This document shows, piece by piece, positions 10,281-21,273 of a stretch of 64,000 nt of DNA. This DNA is from a bacterium (GTDB taxonomy: Bacteria; Zhuqueibacterota; Zhuqueibacteria; Residuimicrobiales; Krinioviventaceae), in the NCBI GenBank assembly GCA_963693055.1, contig OY843751.1:6400001-6464000 (forward strand), written 5' to 3'. Every line of letters starts with the position of its first letter. Position 1 is the first letter of the stretch. A model generated the notes under the pieces. That model was not told where the DNA came from and did not search any database. It saw nothing but the letters and a program-made list of their open reading frames with translations. The translations under genes were made by a program, and so were the position numbers.

Positions 10281-11642
10281 ATGAAAAATAAAATTATGAC
10301 ACGACGCGGTTTTATAAATAAAACTTCTTTAAGCATAGCCGGTACTACACTTGCAGCCAATATAACTTTTGCATCTGCCGGCTCGAGTATGAAGCCGGCG
10401 ATATTAGGAGGTGCTCCTTTGAAAGAAAAGAATTGGCCCGGTTGGCCTATTTGGGAGCCTGATCATGATGAAGAAATGTTGATCAAAGTCATGCGCAGTG
10501 GTGTGTGGTCACGCAAAAAGGTTGTAGCCGAATTTGAAGAAAAATGGGCAAAAGCTGTTGGTTCCAGGCGGTGTTTGGCAACAACGAATGGTACAAATGC
10601 TCTGATTACCGCTTTAAAGATGTTGGGCGTAGACGCCGGAGATGAAGTCATTACAACACCTTATACATTTATTGCAACAATTGATGCTATCTTGTTATGT
10701 AATGCCAAGCCTGTATTTGTGGACATTGATCCCAATACGTATCAATTGGATCCAGCTAAAATTGAAGAAAAGATAACCGCCAAAACGCGAGCCATCCTTC
10801 CTGTACATATTTTAGGATTACCAGCAGATATGGACCGGATTATGGGTATTGCTCAAAAGCATGATTTGATTGTTGTGGAAGATGCCTGCCAGGCCCATTT
10901 CGCAAAATATGATAACAAGATGGCTGGTTCTATTGGCCATGCGGGATGTTTCAGCTTTCAAAATTCAAAAAATTTACCCATTGGTGAAGGTGGTGCCATA
11001 GTTAGTGATGATGAAGATTTTATGGACAAGGCCTTTTCTTATCATAATTTTGGACGTCCCTATGGAAATATGGTTGGTGATGTTGCGGGAGAGTATATAA
11101 TGGTAGGCACCAAATGCCGTACAACAGAATATCAGGCAGCAATAGGGCTTGCTAAACTCAAACACCTGGAAAAAGAAACCCAATTGAGGCATGATAATGC
11201 AGAGTATTTGAAATCGCTTATCAAAGATATGCCAGGTATAGTCCCTTACAAGACATATAATAAAGTTGATCGTGGAGCATTTCATCTTTTTCCTTTTCGC
11301 TTTAAAAAGAAGCAATTTAAAGGTATGGAGCGAGATCAGTTTTTGAAATCCCTTAAAGCAGAAGGTATTCCTTGTTCAGGCGGGTATAAGCCTTTGAATA
11401 CAATGCCATATTTAAAAGACGCTTTTTCTTCCAAAGTATTTAAAGCGATTTTTTCTGATGCAGAACTGAATATTGAAAAATATATGCTTGAAAATCAATG
11501 CCCTGAAAATGACGAGCTATGCCGGGATATGGTCTGGTTACCACAAAATGTATTGCTGGGTACAAGGCAAGATATGGAGAATATTGCTTTAGCTATTGAA
11601 AAAATCATAAAGCATGCAGATGAAATAAAAGGTAAAGCATAG
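10281..11642 (+). CDS. DegT/DnrJ/EryC1/StrS aminotransferase with Tat signal peptide
   Basis: NGTNAL, VEDACQAH, FSFQNSKNL (PLP Lys), GEGG; N-terminal TRRGFI followed by a hydrophobic stretch. Confidence 0.9.
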   Translation: MKNKIMTRRGFINKTSLSIAGTTLAANITFASAGSSMKPAILGGAPLKEKNWPGWPIWEPDHDEEMLIKVMRSGVWSRKKVVAEFEEKWAKAVGSRRCLATTNGTNALITALKMLGVDAGDEVITTPYTFIATIDAILLCNAKPVFVDIDPNTYQLDPAKIEEKITAKTRAILPVHILGLPADMDRIMGIAQKHDLIVVEDACQAHFAKYDNKMAGSIGHAGCFSFQNSKNLPIGEGGAIVSDDEDFMDKAFSYHNFGRPYGNMVGDVAGEYIMVGTKCRTTEYQAAIGLAKLKHLEKETQLRHDNAEYLKSLIKDMPGIVPYKTYNKVDRGAFHLFPFRFKKKQFKGMERDQFLKSLKAEGIPCSGGYKPLNTMPYLKDAFSSKVFKAIFSDAELNIEKYMLENQCPENDELCRDMVWLPQNVLLGTRQDMENIALAIEKIIKHADEIKGKA

Positions 11643-11697
11643 TTTGTTAATTAGCTACTAGTAGTAAATGGCGATGGATGATATAAGGTGTTTTGTA

Positions 11698-13110
11698 ATG
11701 AATAAAATGTTCTCAAAAAAGTATTGGCTTTTTTTAATAATACTAATTCTAATATTCACAATACATGTTGATTATGGTATTAGTAAAGATCTCAAGAATG
11801 AGTGGAGTGCGGGTGTTGCCAAAATAGAGATCACTCCGCAGACACCCATGTGGATGGCTGGGTATTCGTCACGAGTGCATGAAGCCACCGGCACCCTGCA
11901 TCCTTTGTGGGCCAAAGCACTGGCCGTTAAGGATGGGGCCGGGAATTTGGGTGTAATCGTTACTATAGATATTCTGGGCTTGCCTAAAAACATGTCGGAT
12001 ACGATTTTGGAACAATGTGAAATCTTTTATGGACTGGATCGCTCACGCATCATATTGAGCAACTCGCATACCCATTCAGGACCGGCATTGCGTAAAAGTC
12101 TGGATAAAGTATACCCTACAACCCCGGAACATGTTCAGCAAATTGATAAATATTCCCGCCACCTGGAAGATCAGATCGTACTGTTGATTGGTCAGGCATT
12201 TGAAAACATGTCTCCGGTTTCAATATTAGCCTCTCAAGGCTCTGTGGATTTTGCGGTGAACCGCAGGAATAACAGGTCCGGTAAAAAACTGCCCAAAAAG
12301 AAAGACCAAAAAGGGCCCTATGATTATACGGTACCGGTTATACAGGTACACAATCAGGATGATATGCTAGCAACTGTTTTTGGTTATGCCTGTCATGCCA
12401 CGGTTTTGAATGGATATGACTGGTGTGGTGATTATCCGGGGTATGCCCAGATCGAAGTTGAGGATATGTTTCCCGGAACCACAGCCATGTTTTTCCAGGG
12501 CTGTGGAGCGGACCAGAATCCGCTGCCAAGGCGCAAGGTTTCGCTTGCTGAAAAATATGGCAAGGCCCTTGCATCTACCGTCAAGGATGTAATCGAAAAG
12601 CCTGCGGTAGAGATATCGCCCGAACTGCAATGTACCTTTGGATATGTTGATCTGGATTTTGCATCTCTTCCGGACCGCAACCTGCTTGAAAAACTGGCTG
12701 CGGATTCCACAAAGGGATTTGAGCACCGGTGGGCACAATCGATGGTACAAAAGCTGGATGACGGGCAAACCATACCCCAATCTTATCCTTATCCCGTTCA
12801 GGTTTGGCACATGGGAGAACAAACCCTTATCGCGCTTGGTGGTGAAGTGGTTGTGGATTATGCTATTCAGTTAAAACGAATGTTTGGTGAAAATACGATT
12901 GTGATGGGGTATTGTAACGATGTGATGGCATACATTCCAACCGTTCAGATTTTACGTGAAGGCGGGTATGAAGGAGCACAGTCACAGATTGTGTATGATT
13001 TGCCATCCACTTGGTCTGCTGATATTGAAAACAGGATACTTTCCAAAGTGCTCGAGTTGACGGATGAATTGGGGATAAAGCTTCCGGAATCTGCATTGTT
13101 GGCTGAATAA
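11698..13110 (+). CDS. Neutral/alkaline ceramidase-like amidohydrolase
   Basis: AGVAKIEITP, SHTHSGP, YACHAT, QGCGADQNP, EGGYEG; signal peptide. Confidence 0.8.
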   Translation: MNKMFSKKYWLFLIILILIFTIHVDYGISKDLKNEWSAGVAKIEITPQTPMWMAGYSSRVHEATGTLHPLWAKALAVKDGAGNLGVIVTIDILGLPKNMSDTILEQCEIFYGLDRSRIILSNSHTHSGPALRKSLDKVYPTTPEHVQQIDKYSRHLEDQIVLLIGQAFENMSPVSILASQGSVDFAVNRRNNRSGKKLPKKKDQKGPYDYTVPVIQVHNQDDMLATVFGYACHATVLNGYDWCGDYPGYAQIEVEDMFPGTTAMFFQGCGADQNPLPRRKVSLAEKYGKALASTVKDVIEKPAVEISPELQCTFGYVDLDFASLPDRNLLEKLAADSTKGFEHRWAQSMVQKLDDGQTIPQSYPYPVQVWHMGEQTLIALGGEVVVDYAIQLKRMFGENTIVMGYCNDVMAYIPTVQILREGGYEGAQSQIVYDLPSTWSADIENRILSKVLELTDELGIKLPESALLAE

Positions 13111-13140
13111 TAATAAAATCTCATAATAAAAGGAGTTTTG

Positions 13141-15291
13141 ATGAATCCATTGAGATATGTTTTGGTGTTGTTAATGTTATGTATTGGCTATACAAGCGCA
13201 CAGGTTTTGGATGTGCCCTTTAAACAGGCGGTATCTGTTAAATATGATATACCTCAGGAACTGCAAGATGCCCAAATGATCAAAACCGTTGTAGATTATA
13301 ACAACATTGTTTATGTATTAACCGATAAGGGATTGTATCGGGATTATGGTGAAAATGAAATCTCCCGCGATCTGTTTTACCGTCCATTGTCAGACAAGAA
13401 TCCAATAGATATTACCATACAGGAAAAAACCGGCTATTTGTTTTATCTCTATCAGGACCAATTTCTCAGTAACGCGCATGCAGGGACCATTCTTGCCGAC
13501 ATCAATAAGCCCTATCAGCGTATTCTTGTGAATGCTGATGATGTGATTTTACTGATTGGAGAGAAATCCGGTACGCTGTATGAAAAGACTCAAAAAATGC
13601 ACAATGTTGATCTGCCGAAAGGTAAATGCATCAACGTCTATGTTTATGATAAATCCTTTTATTATTTGACAGATAATGCCATCTATCGTCTGGACGGTAA
13701 AAAATGGACTACACTGCACAAGGGTGAATCTCTAACTGCTGTTACCTTTTCACCCAATGAAATGATTGTCGGTACGGTTAAAGGGTATTATCGTCTTGAT
13801 CGTTATAACGGTATGCGGATTTCAGAGATTGACGCAAAGCTGCCTGTTCCGGCAATTACAGATGTGCTGCTTGCCGGATCAGAACTGTGGTTTACCTCTG
13901 CGGATGGAGCATATTTACAGGAACCGGACCGTTACCGTTATTTTGCGGGACGCCGATGGCTGGATAACAATGCGATCATTGATATGACCTGTGACAAACA
14001 GGGTAATATGTATTTCCTTACACCTACAGGCTTGAACAAGGTGGAATATCTTGTTCAGACGCTGGCAGACAAGACCCAAAAGATACAGGATGATATCCGC
14101 AGGTACCATTTGCGTTTTGGGTTTGTTTGTGAGATCGTTTATGGTGTGCAGGGAGATATGCGAACAGCAATTACCACAGATAATGATAATGACGGTTTAT
14201 GGACTTCTATGTATTTAGGCAGCCAGGCGTTTAGATATGCAACAACCGGTAACGCTGATGCCAGACGGTACGTCTGGGAATCCTTTGAAGCCTTTGAACG
14301 TCTGTTGACGGTGAATCCGCTCAAAGGATTTCCTTCACGCACATTCGAGCGCAGGGGCATAATCAAAGGCCACCATGCCTGGCGCCCCTCGCAGGAAAAA
14401 GACTGGGACTGGAAAGGGACCACCAGTACGGACGAATATATCGCTTATCTTTTTGTTGCTTCTGTGATGGACAAGTTTATTGTTCAGAATCCGGAAGAAA
14501 AGCAACGGGTGGCAAACTTTATAGATGCAATTATGACCCATATCATTGAAAATGATTATTATTTTGTGGATTATGACGGCAAGCCCACTCGTTGGGGACG
14601 CTGGAACCCGGAATATGTAAACTGGTACGCGCCTTATGTCTCGGACCGAAAATTAAACAGTGTGCATCTGATTGCAGGCTTACAGTTGGCCTACTCGCTG
14701 ACCGGTAAAGAAATCTATAAATCCGAAGCTTATAAAATGATGGATGAATATGGGTATCTGGATAATATCATGATTCCCATGAGCACCATGAAAAAGACGC
14801 TGGAATTTGTGCACATGGGTGATGTAATGGGTAACGTATGGAACCACTCGGATGATGAAATGTCATTCTTGACTTACTGGGTATTGTATCAATACCCGTT
14901 TACTAACGATTTAAAGCTAAAGTATGCAGAGGTTATCCGTGATCACTGGCAGATCGAGCTGCCGGAGCGTAACGCATTGTGGAACATGGTTGCATACGGC
15001 ACCAGCGGTGACATTGATCTGGAATCTACTTTGTGGCACCTGCGCGAGTTTAATGTGGATCTTGACCGATATACTACCCGAAATTCTCATCGCAAGGACC
15101 TCGAGTTTTTGCCGGAGAATTTTAGAGGGCAAACAACAAAGACACTGCTGTATCCGGGAGAGCGGGAAATGCACCGCCACAATGCCAATCCTTTTGATTT
15201 GGATGCCGGTGGTGGTCAGCACAGCAGACTAGCTGGGGATGAATACCTGCTGCCATACTGGATGGCAAGATATTATAAAGTGATACAATAG
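13141..15291 (+). CDS. Exported hypothetical protein (beta-propeller + probable alpha/alpha-toroid domain)
   Basis: Signal peptide; N-terminal beta repeats; helical C-domain with DNDGLWT and TSTDE acidic motifs. Confidence 0.6.
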   Translation: MNPLRYVLVLLMLCIGYTSAQVLDVPFKQAVSVKYDIPQELQDAQMIKTVVDYNNIVYVLTDKGLYRDYGENEISRDLFYRPLSDKNPIDITIQEKTGYLFYLYQDQFLSNAHAGTILADINKPYQRILVNADDVILLIGEKSGTLYEKTQKMHNVDLPKGKCINVYVYDKSFYYLTDNAIYRLDGKKWTTLHKGESLTAVTFSPNEMIVGTVKGYYRLDRYNGMRISEIDAKLPVPAITDVLLAGSELWFTSADGAYLQEPDRYRYFAGRRWLDNNAIIDMTCDKQGNMYFLTPTGLNKVEYLVQTLADKTQKIQDDIRRYHLRFGFVCEIVYGVQGDMRTAITTDNDNDGLWTSMYLGSQAFRYATTGNADARRYVWESFEAFERLLTVNPLKGFPSRTFERRGIIKGHHAWRPSQEKDWDWKGTTSTDEYIAYLFVASVMDKFIVQNPEEKQRVANFIDAIMTHIIENDYYFVDYDGKPTRWGRWNPEYVNWYAPYVSDRKLNSVHLIAGLQLAYSLTGKEIYKSEAYKMMDEYGYLDNIMIPMSTMKKTLEFVHMGDVMGNVWNHSDDEMSFLTYWVLYQYPFTNDLKLKYAEVIRDHWQIELPERNALWNMVAYGTSGDIDLESTLWHLREFNVDLDRYTTRNSHRKDLEFLPENFRGQTTKTLLYPGEREMHRHNANPFDLDAGGGQHSRLAGDEYLLPYWMARYYKVIQ

Positions 15292-15294
15292 AAT

Positions 15295-15324
15295 AAAAAA
15301 AGGGAGCATTTGCTCCCTTTTTTT
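15295..15324. terminator. Bidirectional intrinsic terminator
   Basis: A7-GGGAGC-attt-GCTCCC-T7 between convergent genes. Confidence 0.9.
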
Positions 15325-15332
15325 ATATTAAA

Positions 15333-16241
15333 CTAGTTAAATCCATTTACTTTCATTTTGATAGCATAAAGCGAAGTGCGTGCGGTAATAAACAGGGTCT
15401 TCATATCCGGGCCGCCAAAGCAGACGTTTGAGGGTTGTTCAGGTATTTCTAAAATACCGAGGTGGGTGCCGTCCGGTTTATAAACAGAAACACCAGAGGT
15501 GGTCAGATAAACATTACCGAGATAGTCAACCGTCATACCGTCCGAGCCTTCGTCGTTGAATTTTGTTTTGTTCGAGAGCGTTCCTTCCTCATTAATATCA
15601 TAAGACCAAGTTACTTTTTTGGTGCGGTCAGAGACGTACAATGTACTGCCATCCGGAGTGCCAATGATACCGTTGGGATTACCAAACTCCTCATCAACAC
15701 GGATTAGTGTTTTGCGGTCCGGTTTCAGATAATAAACACCATGAACATCCATGTCTTTTTCAGTACGTTCCCAATAATCACGTTTGTAATAGGGATCCGT
15801 AAAATAAATACCGCCTTTGGGGTCCGGCCAGAGATCATTGGGGCCGTTTAGGGGATGTCCCTCAAAGTTGTCAACCAGCAGGTTCAGGCTTTTATCCTGC
15901 ATGTTGATAGATACCAGCTTGTTGTACATGTCGGCGCAGGCCAGTAGTTCATCATCACCATAAAAATACAAGCCGTTAGACCGTTCGGGATTATCATGAA
16001 ATACAGACAGTTTGCCTTCAACAGCCCATTTGAGGATACGGTCATTGGGCTGATCAGTAAAATAGACATTGCCGTGACTGTCAGGAGCAGGACCTTCAGT
16101 AAAAATAAAACCGTCTGCCAGTTTTTCCAGTTTTGCATTGTCAGCAATCAAATCATCCACGGTTTTAAATGCTTCGATTCTTTTGGTACATGAAAACATC
16201 AGGATTACTGACAATCCCAACAAGATTATGAATTTTTGCAT
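15333..16241 (-). CDS. SMP-30/gluconolactonase/LRE family lipoprotein
   Basis: FTEGP, GPNDL, NPNGI, SDGMT, SNVCFGG; lipobox FSC. Confidence 0.9.
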   Translation of the reverse strand: MQKFIILLGLSVILMFSCTKRIEAFKTVDDLIADNAKLEKLADGFIFTEGPAPDSHGNVYFTDQPNDRILKWAVEGKLSVFHDNPERSNGLYFYGDDELLACADMYNKLVSINMQDKSLNLLVDNFEGHPLNGPNDLWPDPKGGIYFTDPYYKRDYWERTEKDMDVHGVYYLKPDRKTLIRVDEEFGNPNGIIGTPDGSTLYVSDRTKKVTWSYDINEEGTLSNKTKFNDEGSDGMTVDYLGNVYLTTSGVSVYKPDGTHLGILEIPEQPSNVCFGGPDMKTLFITARTSLYAIKMKVNGFN

Positions 16242-16265
16242 ATCCGTTTATCCTTTTCGATTATA

Positions 16266-17717
16266 TTATTCATTATTTTTTTTAGTAGTTAAAAGGCTGA
16301 CAGCCCATATCATGAAAAATGCCAGAATAAAGGCGGGAATCAGCTCGTATAATCCCGTACTGGTTTTCAGAAAGAGTTTCCAAATGATGGTTACAACAGA
16401 GCCGGTGATCATACCGGCAGTTACACCGGCAATGGTTGTGCGTTTCCAGTATAATGATAAGATGATGGCTGGTCCTATGGATGCGCCCAGTCCGCTCCAG
16501 GCAAACAACACCAGCCAGAAGATCAGGTCTTGCGCCAGGAAAGCCAGCACAACCGCGAGTAAACCGGATAGCAGCACTACAATACGGCTGATTTTAAGCT
16601 TGAAAGATTCATCCAGTTTTACATGTTTGAACCATATTTTTTAATAAATATCTCTCACAATGGTCGATGCAACGACCAATAGCTGCGAATCTGCAGTAGA
16701 CAATATAGCTGCAAAAATTCCCCCGATCAACAAACCATAAATAACAGGATCAAAATATTGGGAAGATAATACAAGATAAATCATTTCCGGGTTAGAATCC
16801 GGGAGTTGTTGCACAAGCGGAAACAACATACGTCCCAGCAGTCCAATGAACAATGCTCCACAGGCCATGAGGATGTTCCAGATAGTGCCTACAATGGCTG
16901 AATATTGCAACTGGGCAGGATCTTTGACCGACATGTATCTGACCAATATGTGCGGCTGGCCGGGGGAACCCAAACCAATGCCTATAAATCCAATTATCGC
17001 TCCCAAACCGATTGAAAAAGGATCGATGGTTTTTATATCAATAGATGCAAGCATAGAAAAGAGGTGATTTAGGCCTCCGGTTTTTATCAGCATAACCAGG
17101 GGAAAAAAGATCAATCCAAAGATCATAATTACCGCACGAACCACATCATTATAAGCAACAGCAATAAATCCGCCCATAATCATGTAGACCAGAACTAGTA
17201 ATACTGATACCAAAAGCGCGGGAATGAATTGCATGTCAAGAGCGGTGCTCAATGCCTTTGCACCGGCATTGAGTTGTGCGGCAACATAAGCTGTTATAAA
17301 CACTCCAATGATAATGGCCCCGGTTATGCGGATAATATGTTTGCTGTCGTTGTGACGGGATTCCAGATAATCCAGCAAAGTAATGGATTGGAGTGTTTGA
17401 GTATTCTCTCGTAGTTTTTTTCCGATATATGTAAATTGAAAGAGCTCTACAACTATGTACCCCACTGCGGCCCACAACGCCCCGGTGCCCATAGTGTAGG
17501 CCATTCCGCTCAGACCGAGGACCAGCCAAGAAGACCTTCCCGAAGAAACGGCAGAGAGCGCTACAACAAATTTATTCATAGACCTGCCACCTAACAGATA
17601 ATCGGACTGGTCTCTGGTCTTTCGGAGGGTTAAAAATCCAATCATTATAGGTAAAATCAGAGTAAGAGAAAATATTATTAATGCTAATGGTGATTGCAGA
17701 CCCTGATAAACATTCAT
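16266..17717 (-). pseudogene. putP: Sodium/proline symporter (SSS family) split by one in-frame TAA
   Basis: DYLLGGR, SSWLVLGLSG, GQPHILVRYM, AAILSTADSQLL. TAA at 16641-16643, then the same frame continues KIWFKH... into ORF 16577..16266. Confidence 0.8.
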
Positions 17718-17916
17718 GATAGTTATCCTGTTTATTTTGGGAATTTATGTAGCTTGGGAAATGCAATTTAATACATCTGTTATACTATCCATTATAAGAA
17801 GAAATTGCGGCATTGTCAATACAGATACAAAAAATATATTAAAAAGGCCTGATTATTGCTGAATTATTTAAGTGTAGTGCAATGTTTTATATAAAAGTAT
17901 AGTGTCAGGGAAGACT

Positions 17917-20900
17917 ATGAACAAAGATGTGTTTGGGATTGATAGTATTGAATTATTGGACAGGGTAGCGGAACTTGAACAACTTCTTGAAGAAAAAGAA
18001 GAGCAGATTCAAAAATTAAATCAGAATTATGTCAGAGGATTTGAAAAGGTCCAAAAACTTGCCAATGTGGGGTATTGGTATTTGGCAAACGGTGATTTAT
18101 ATTGGTCTGATAATCATTATGAATTACTGGGGTATAAAAGAAATGAAGTAACACCATCTCATGAATTGTTTTTATCTCATATACATCCTCAGGACAGGGA
18201 CCTTGTTAAAAACACTAAAGACAAAGCGATTGCGAATAAAAGTGATTTAAAAGTAGAATTTAGATTTATTACTGTTGATAAACGTGAAAGATGGGGACTC
18301 ACTCAGGCAGAAGTCATTCTGGATAATAAAGGTCTTTTTTTTGGTTTTGATGGTGTTTTTCAGGATATAACTGAATTAAAAACAATAAAAAGAATTTTAT
18401 CAAACAATGAAAAACAAATTGAGCGGATATTTGAATTTTCACCCAATGCAATAACCTTGACCGATCTCAAAGGGAATATAATAGATTGTAATTCTGCAAC
18501 AGCTGCAATTCATGGTTATGAAAAATCTGAGCTAATCGGGAAAAATATAACTACTTTGATTATTAAAAAGCAAAAGCTGTTAGCGATCCAGTCAGCTTTA
18601 AAGACCATGAAGGACGGGAGTACTCGTAATGTAGAGTATACGTTATTAAAAAAAGATGGAACAGAATTTCCTGCAAGCATCTCAACGAGTATCGTTAGAG
18701 ATGAATTTAGAAAACCAGTATATTTTGTAGGTATTACCCGGGACCTGACTGAACAAAAACAAGCTGAACAAGCTTTGAAAGCAAGTGAAGAAAAATATAG
18801 AAAAGTTGTTGAAAATAATAATACGCCAATCATTGTTCTTGACGAGCAAGGGAAAATACTCTTTGTTAATAATGCATTGGCCCTGTATTTAGGGGACAAA
18901 CCGGATGTAATAACGGGCAGATATTATTATGAGTTTGTTGATGCTCAACAGGCAGAAACGGTTAAGGACAGAATTGAAATTGTTTTAAAAAGTGGTGAAA
19001 ATAAATCATATGAGAAAAAAGTTGAAACACCAACAGGAGACAAATGGTTTTTATCTGTTTATCAGCCTATTCTGAAAAAAGGTAAGCACGCAGAAATACA
19101 AATTTTATCATATGACATTACCAAACAAAAGCAGACAGAAATTGCTTTAAAAGTGAGCAACAAGCGATTTCGCATGCTGTTTGAAAATGCCTCAGATGCT
19201 ATTTTTGTTTCTGATAATAAGGGAAACCTGGTTGATGTGAATATTCAGGCCTGTAAAAGTCTGGGATATACACATGAAGAATTAATCACTAAAACGATAA
19301 TGGATATAGACAAAAATATTTCAAATGAGCAGTTACTAAATGAAATATGGAAGGCAGCTACTGTTGGTGAATCAAACATCATTCAAAGTATTCATTTGAC
19401 TAAAGATGGCAATGAAATTCCCGTAGAAATAAATGTGGGGTTTATTGATTATAATGGTAATAATTATTTTTTTGGAGTAGCTAGGGATAAAACACAGCAG
19501 CAAAAAGCAGAAGAGATTTTAAAAGAGAGTGAAGAACGTTACCGGGTATTGGCAAATGCTACCATGGAAGCTGTCTTCATTTCTGAAAAAGGAATATGTG
19601 TTGATACCAATGATACCGCGTGCAAGATGTTTGGATACAAACATAAAGAAATAATAGGTATTTTTGGTACTGATGTTATTGCGCCGGAATCTAAAGATTT
19701 TGTGAAAAGTAACATGTTGTCCGGATTTGAAAAGCCGTATGAAGCAATGGCGATACGAAAAGACGGTACTGTGTTTCCGGCATTGTTTCATGGTAGAATG
19801 TATAAATACAAGGGTACAAATATCCGCTTGACTACCTGCAGGGATTTAACAGAACAGCGAGAGTATGAACGAAAAATTGAAAAGAACCAAAAAAGATTGG
19901 AACGCGCAGAAGAAATAGCAAGGATAGGACATTGGGAGTTTCATCTTGATAGTAATCAAGTAATTGCTTCAAATGGTGCTTATATTGTTTACGGATTGGA
20001 TGCAATTAAAGACAATATGACAGTTGCAGCAGTACAAACGTTTCCCTTACCTGAATATCGGGAAATGCTTGATAAAGCAATGTCTGATTTAATTACACAA
20101 AACAAACCCTATGATATTGAATTTAAAATTATGAGACCTACGGATAATAAAATCATTGATATTCGATCAGTTGCCCAATATGATAAACAGAAAAATGCTG
20201 TTTTCGGTGTACTTTATGATATTACAGAACAAAAACGAGCAGAAGTTGCAATCAGACAAAGTGAGACCCGGTTTAAAGCTATTTTTGACCACGCTCCTAT
20301 CGGGATTGTTGTTTCAGATCCTGAAACGATAACACAACGAGTTTTAACCAACAACGCATTTCAGGCGTTTGTAGGCCTTGATTCAGAGATGATGGATGCA
20401 AACTCTCTTAAAGCGTGCTCTCATCCTGATGATTATGAAAAAGATATGGAATTGTTTGCCCAGGTTTTGAATGGAGATATTGAATTCTATCAATTGGAAA
20501 AACGATACATCCACAAAAATGGTGATTTAAAATGGGGAAACTTGTATTTTAGCCGCATCAGAGGTGAAAACAATGAACCCTTTTTATATTTGGCAATGAT
20601 TAAAGACATAACCAAGCGAAAGTTAAACGAGGAATTGTTGAAAAGATCTCTTGATGAAAAAGAAATTTTACTCAAAGAGATCCACCATCGTGTTAAAAAT
20701 AACATGCAGATTATTATCAGCTTGTTGAATATGCAGGCTAAAAAGTTGAAACATGATCCCAATGTTCAAAAAGCGTTCATGGAAAGCAGGCAGCGTATCT
20801 ATTCTATGGCACTTGTACATGAAAAACTGTACCAATCGGATGATTTTTCACAGATTGATTTTAAAGAGTATATTGATTTTTTGCTTGAGCAGTTAATTTC

Positions 20901-21273
20901 TTCTTTTAAAACAAACAAAGATATACAATACCATGTTGCAATTCAGGAATCATTACTAAGCATTGAATTGGCAATTCCCTGCGGATTGATTGTGAATGAA
21001 TTGCTTACCAATGTATTAAAGCATGCGTTTACAAATACTGAAAAAGGGAATGTTTGGATTGAAGTCAAATTGATAAAAAATGGAAACATGTTGTTAAGGG
21101 TTGCAGATGATGGAAAAGGATTGCCGGATAATTTTCAGTCAAAATTCAAGGGATCATTGGGACATGAACTTGTAAATGCGCTTACCCGGCAGCTTGAAGG
21201 AACATTAACTATAAACCATACGGCAGGTGCAGAATTCCTTGTTGAATTTTCGCCACAGCTTGACAATAAATAG
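17917..21273 (+). CDS. Cytoplasmic multi-PAS histidine kinase (HisKA_2 type)
   Basis: About seven PAS/PAC repeats (DITE-type ends); H-box EIHHRVKNNMQ; NELLTNVLKHAF; DDGKG. Confidence 0.92.
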   Translation: MNKDVFGIDSIELLDRVAELEQLLEEKEEQIQKLNQNYVRGFEKVQKLANVGYWYLANGDLYWSDNHYELLGYKRNEVTPSHELFLSHIHPQDRDLVKNTKDKAIANKSDLKVEFRFITVDKRERWGLTQAEVILDNKGLFFGFDGVFQDITELKTIKRILSNNEKQIERIFEFSPNAITLTDLKGNIIDCNSATAAIHGYEKSELIGKNITTLIIKKQKLLAIQSALKTMKDGSTRNVEYTLLKKDGTEFPASISTSIVRDEFRKPVYFVGITRDLTEQKQAEQALKASEEKYRKVVENNNTPIIVLDEQGKILFVNNALALYLGDKPDVITGRYYYEFVDAQQAETVKDRIEIVLKSGENKSYEKKVETPTGDKWFLSVYQPILKKGKHAEIQILSYDITKQKQTEIALKVSNKRFRMLFENASDAIFVSDNKGNLVDVNIQACKSLGYTHEELITKTIMDIDKNISNEQLLNEIWKAATVGESNIIQSIHLTKDGNEIPVEINVGFIDYNGNNYFFGVARDKTQQQKAEEILKESEERYRVLANATMEAVFISEKGICVDTNDTACKMFGYKHKEIIGIFGTDVIAPESKDFVKSNMLSGFEKPYEAMAIRKDGTVFPALFHGRMYKYKGTNIRLTTCRDLTEQREYERKIEKNQKRLERAEEIARIGHWEFHLDSNQVIASNGAYIVYGLDAIKDNMTVAAVQTFPLPEYREMLDKAMSDLITQNKPYDIEFKIMRPTDNKIIDIRSVAQYDKQKNAVFGVLYDITEQKRAEVAIRQSETRFKAIFDHAPIGIVVSDPETITQRVLTNNAFQAFVGLDSEMMDANSLKACSHPDDYEKDMELFAQVLNGDIEFYQLEKRYIHKNGDLKWGNLYFSRIRGENNEPFLYLAMIKDITKRKLNEELLKRSLDEKEILLKEIHHRVKNNMQIIISLLNMQAKKLKHDPNVQKAFMESRQRIYSMALVHEKLYQSDDFSQIDFKEYIDFLLEQLISSFKTNKDIQYHVAIQESLLSIELAIPCGLIVNELLTNVLKHAFTNTEKGNVWIEVKLIKNGNMLLRVADDGKGLPDNFQSKFKGSLGHELVNALTRQLEGTLTINHTAGAEFLVEFSPQLDNK

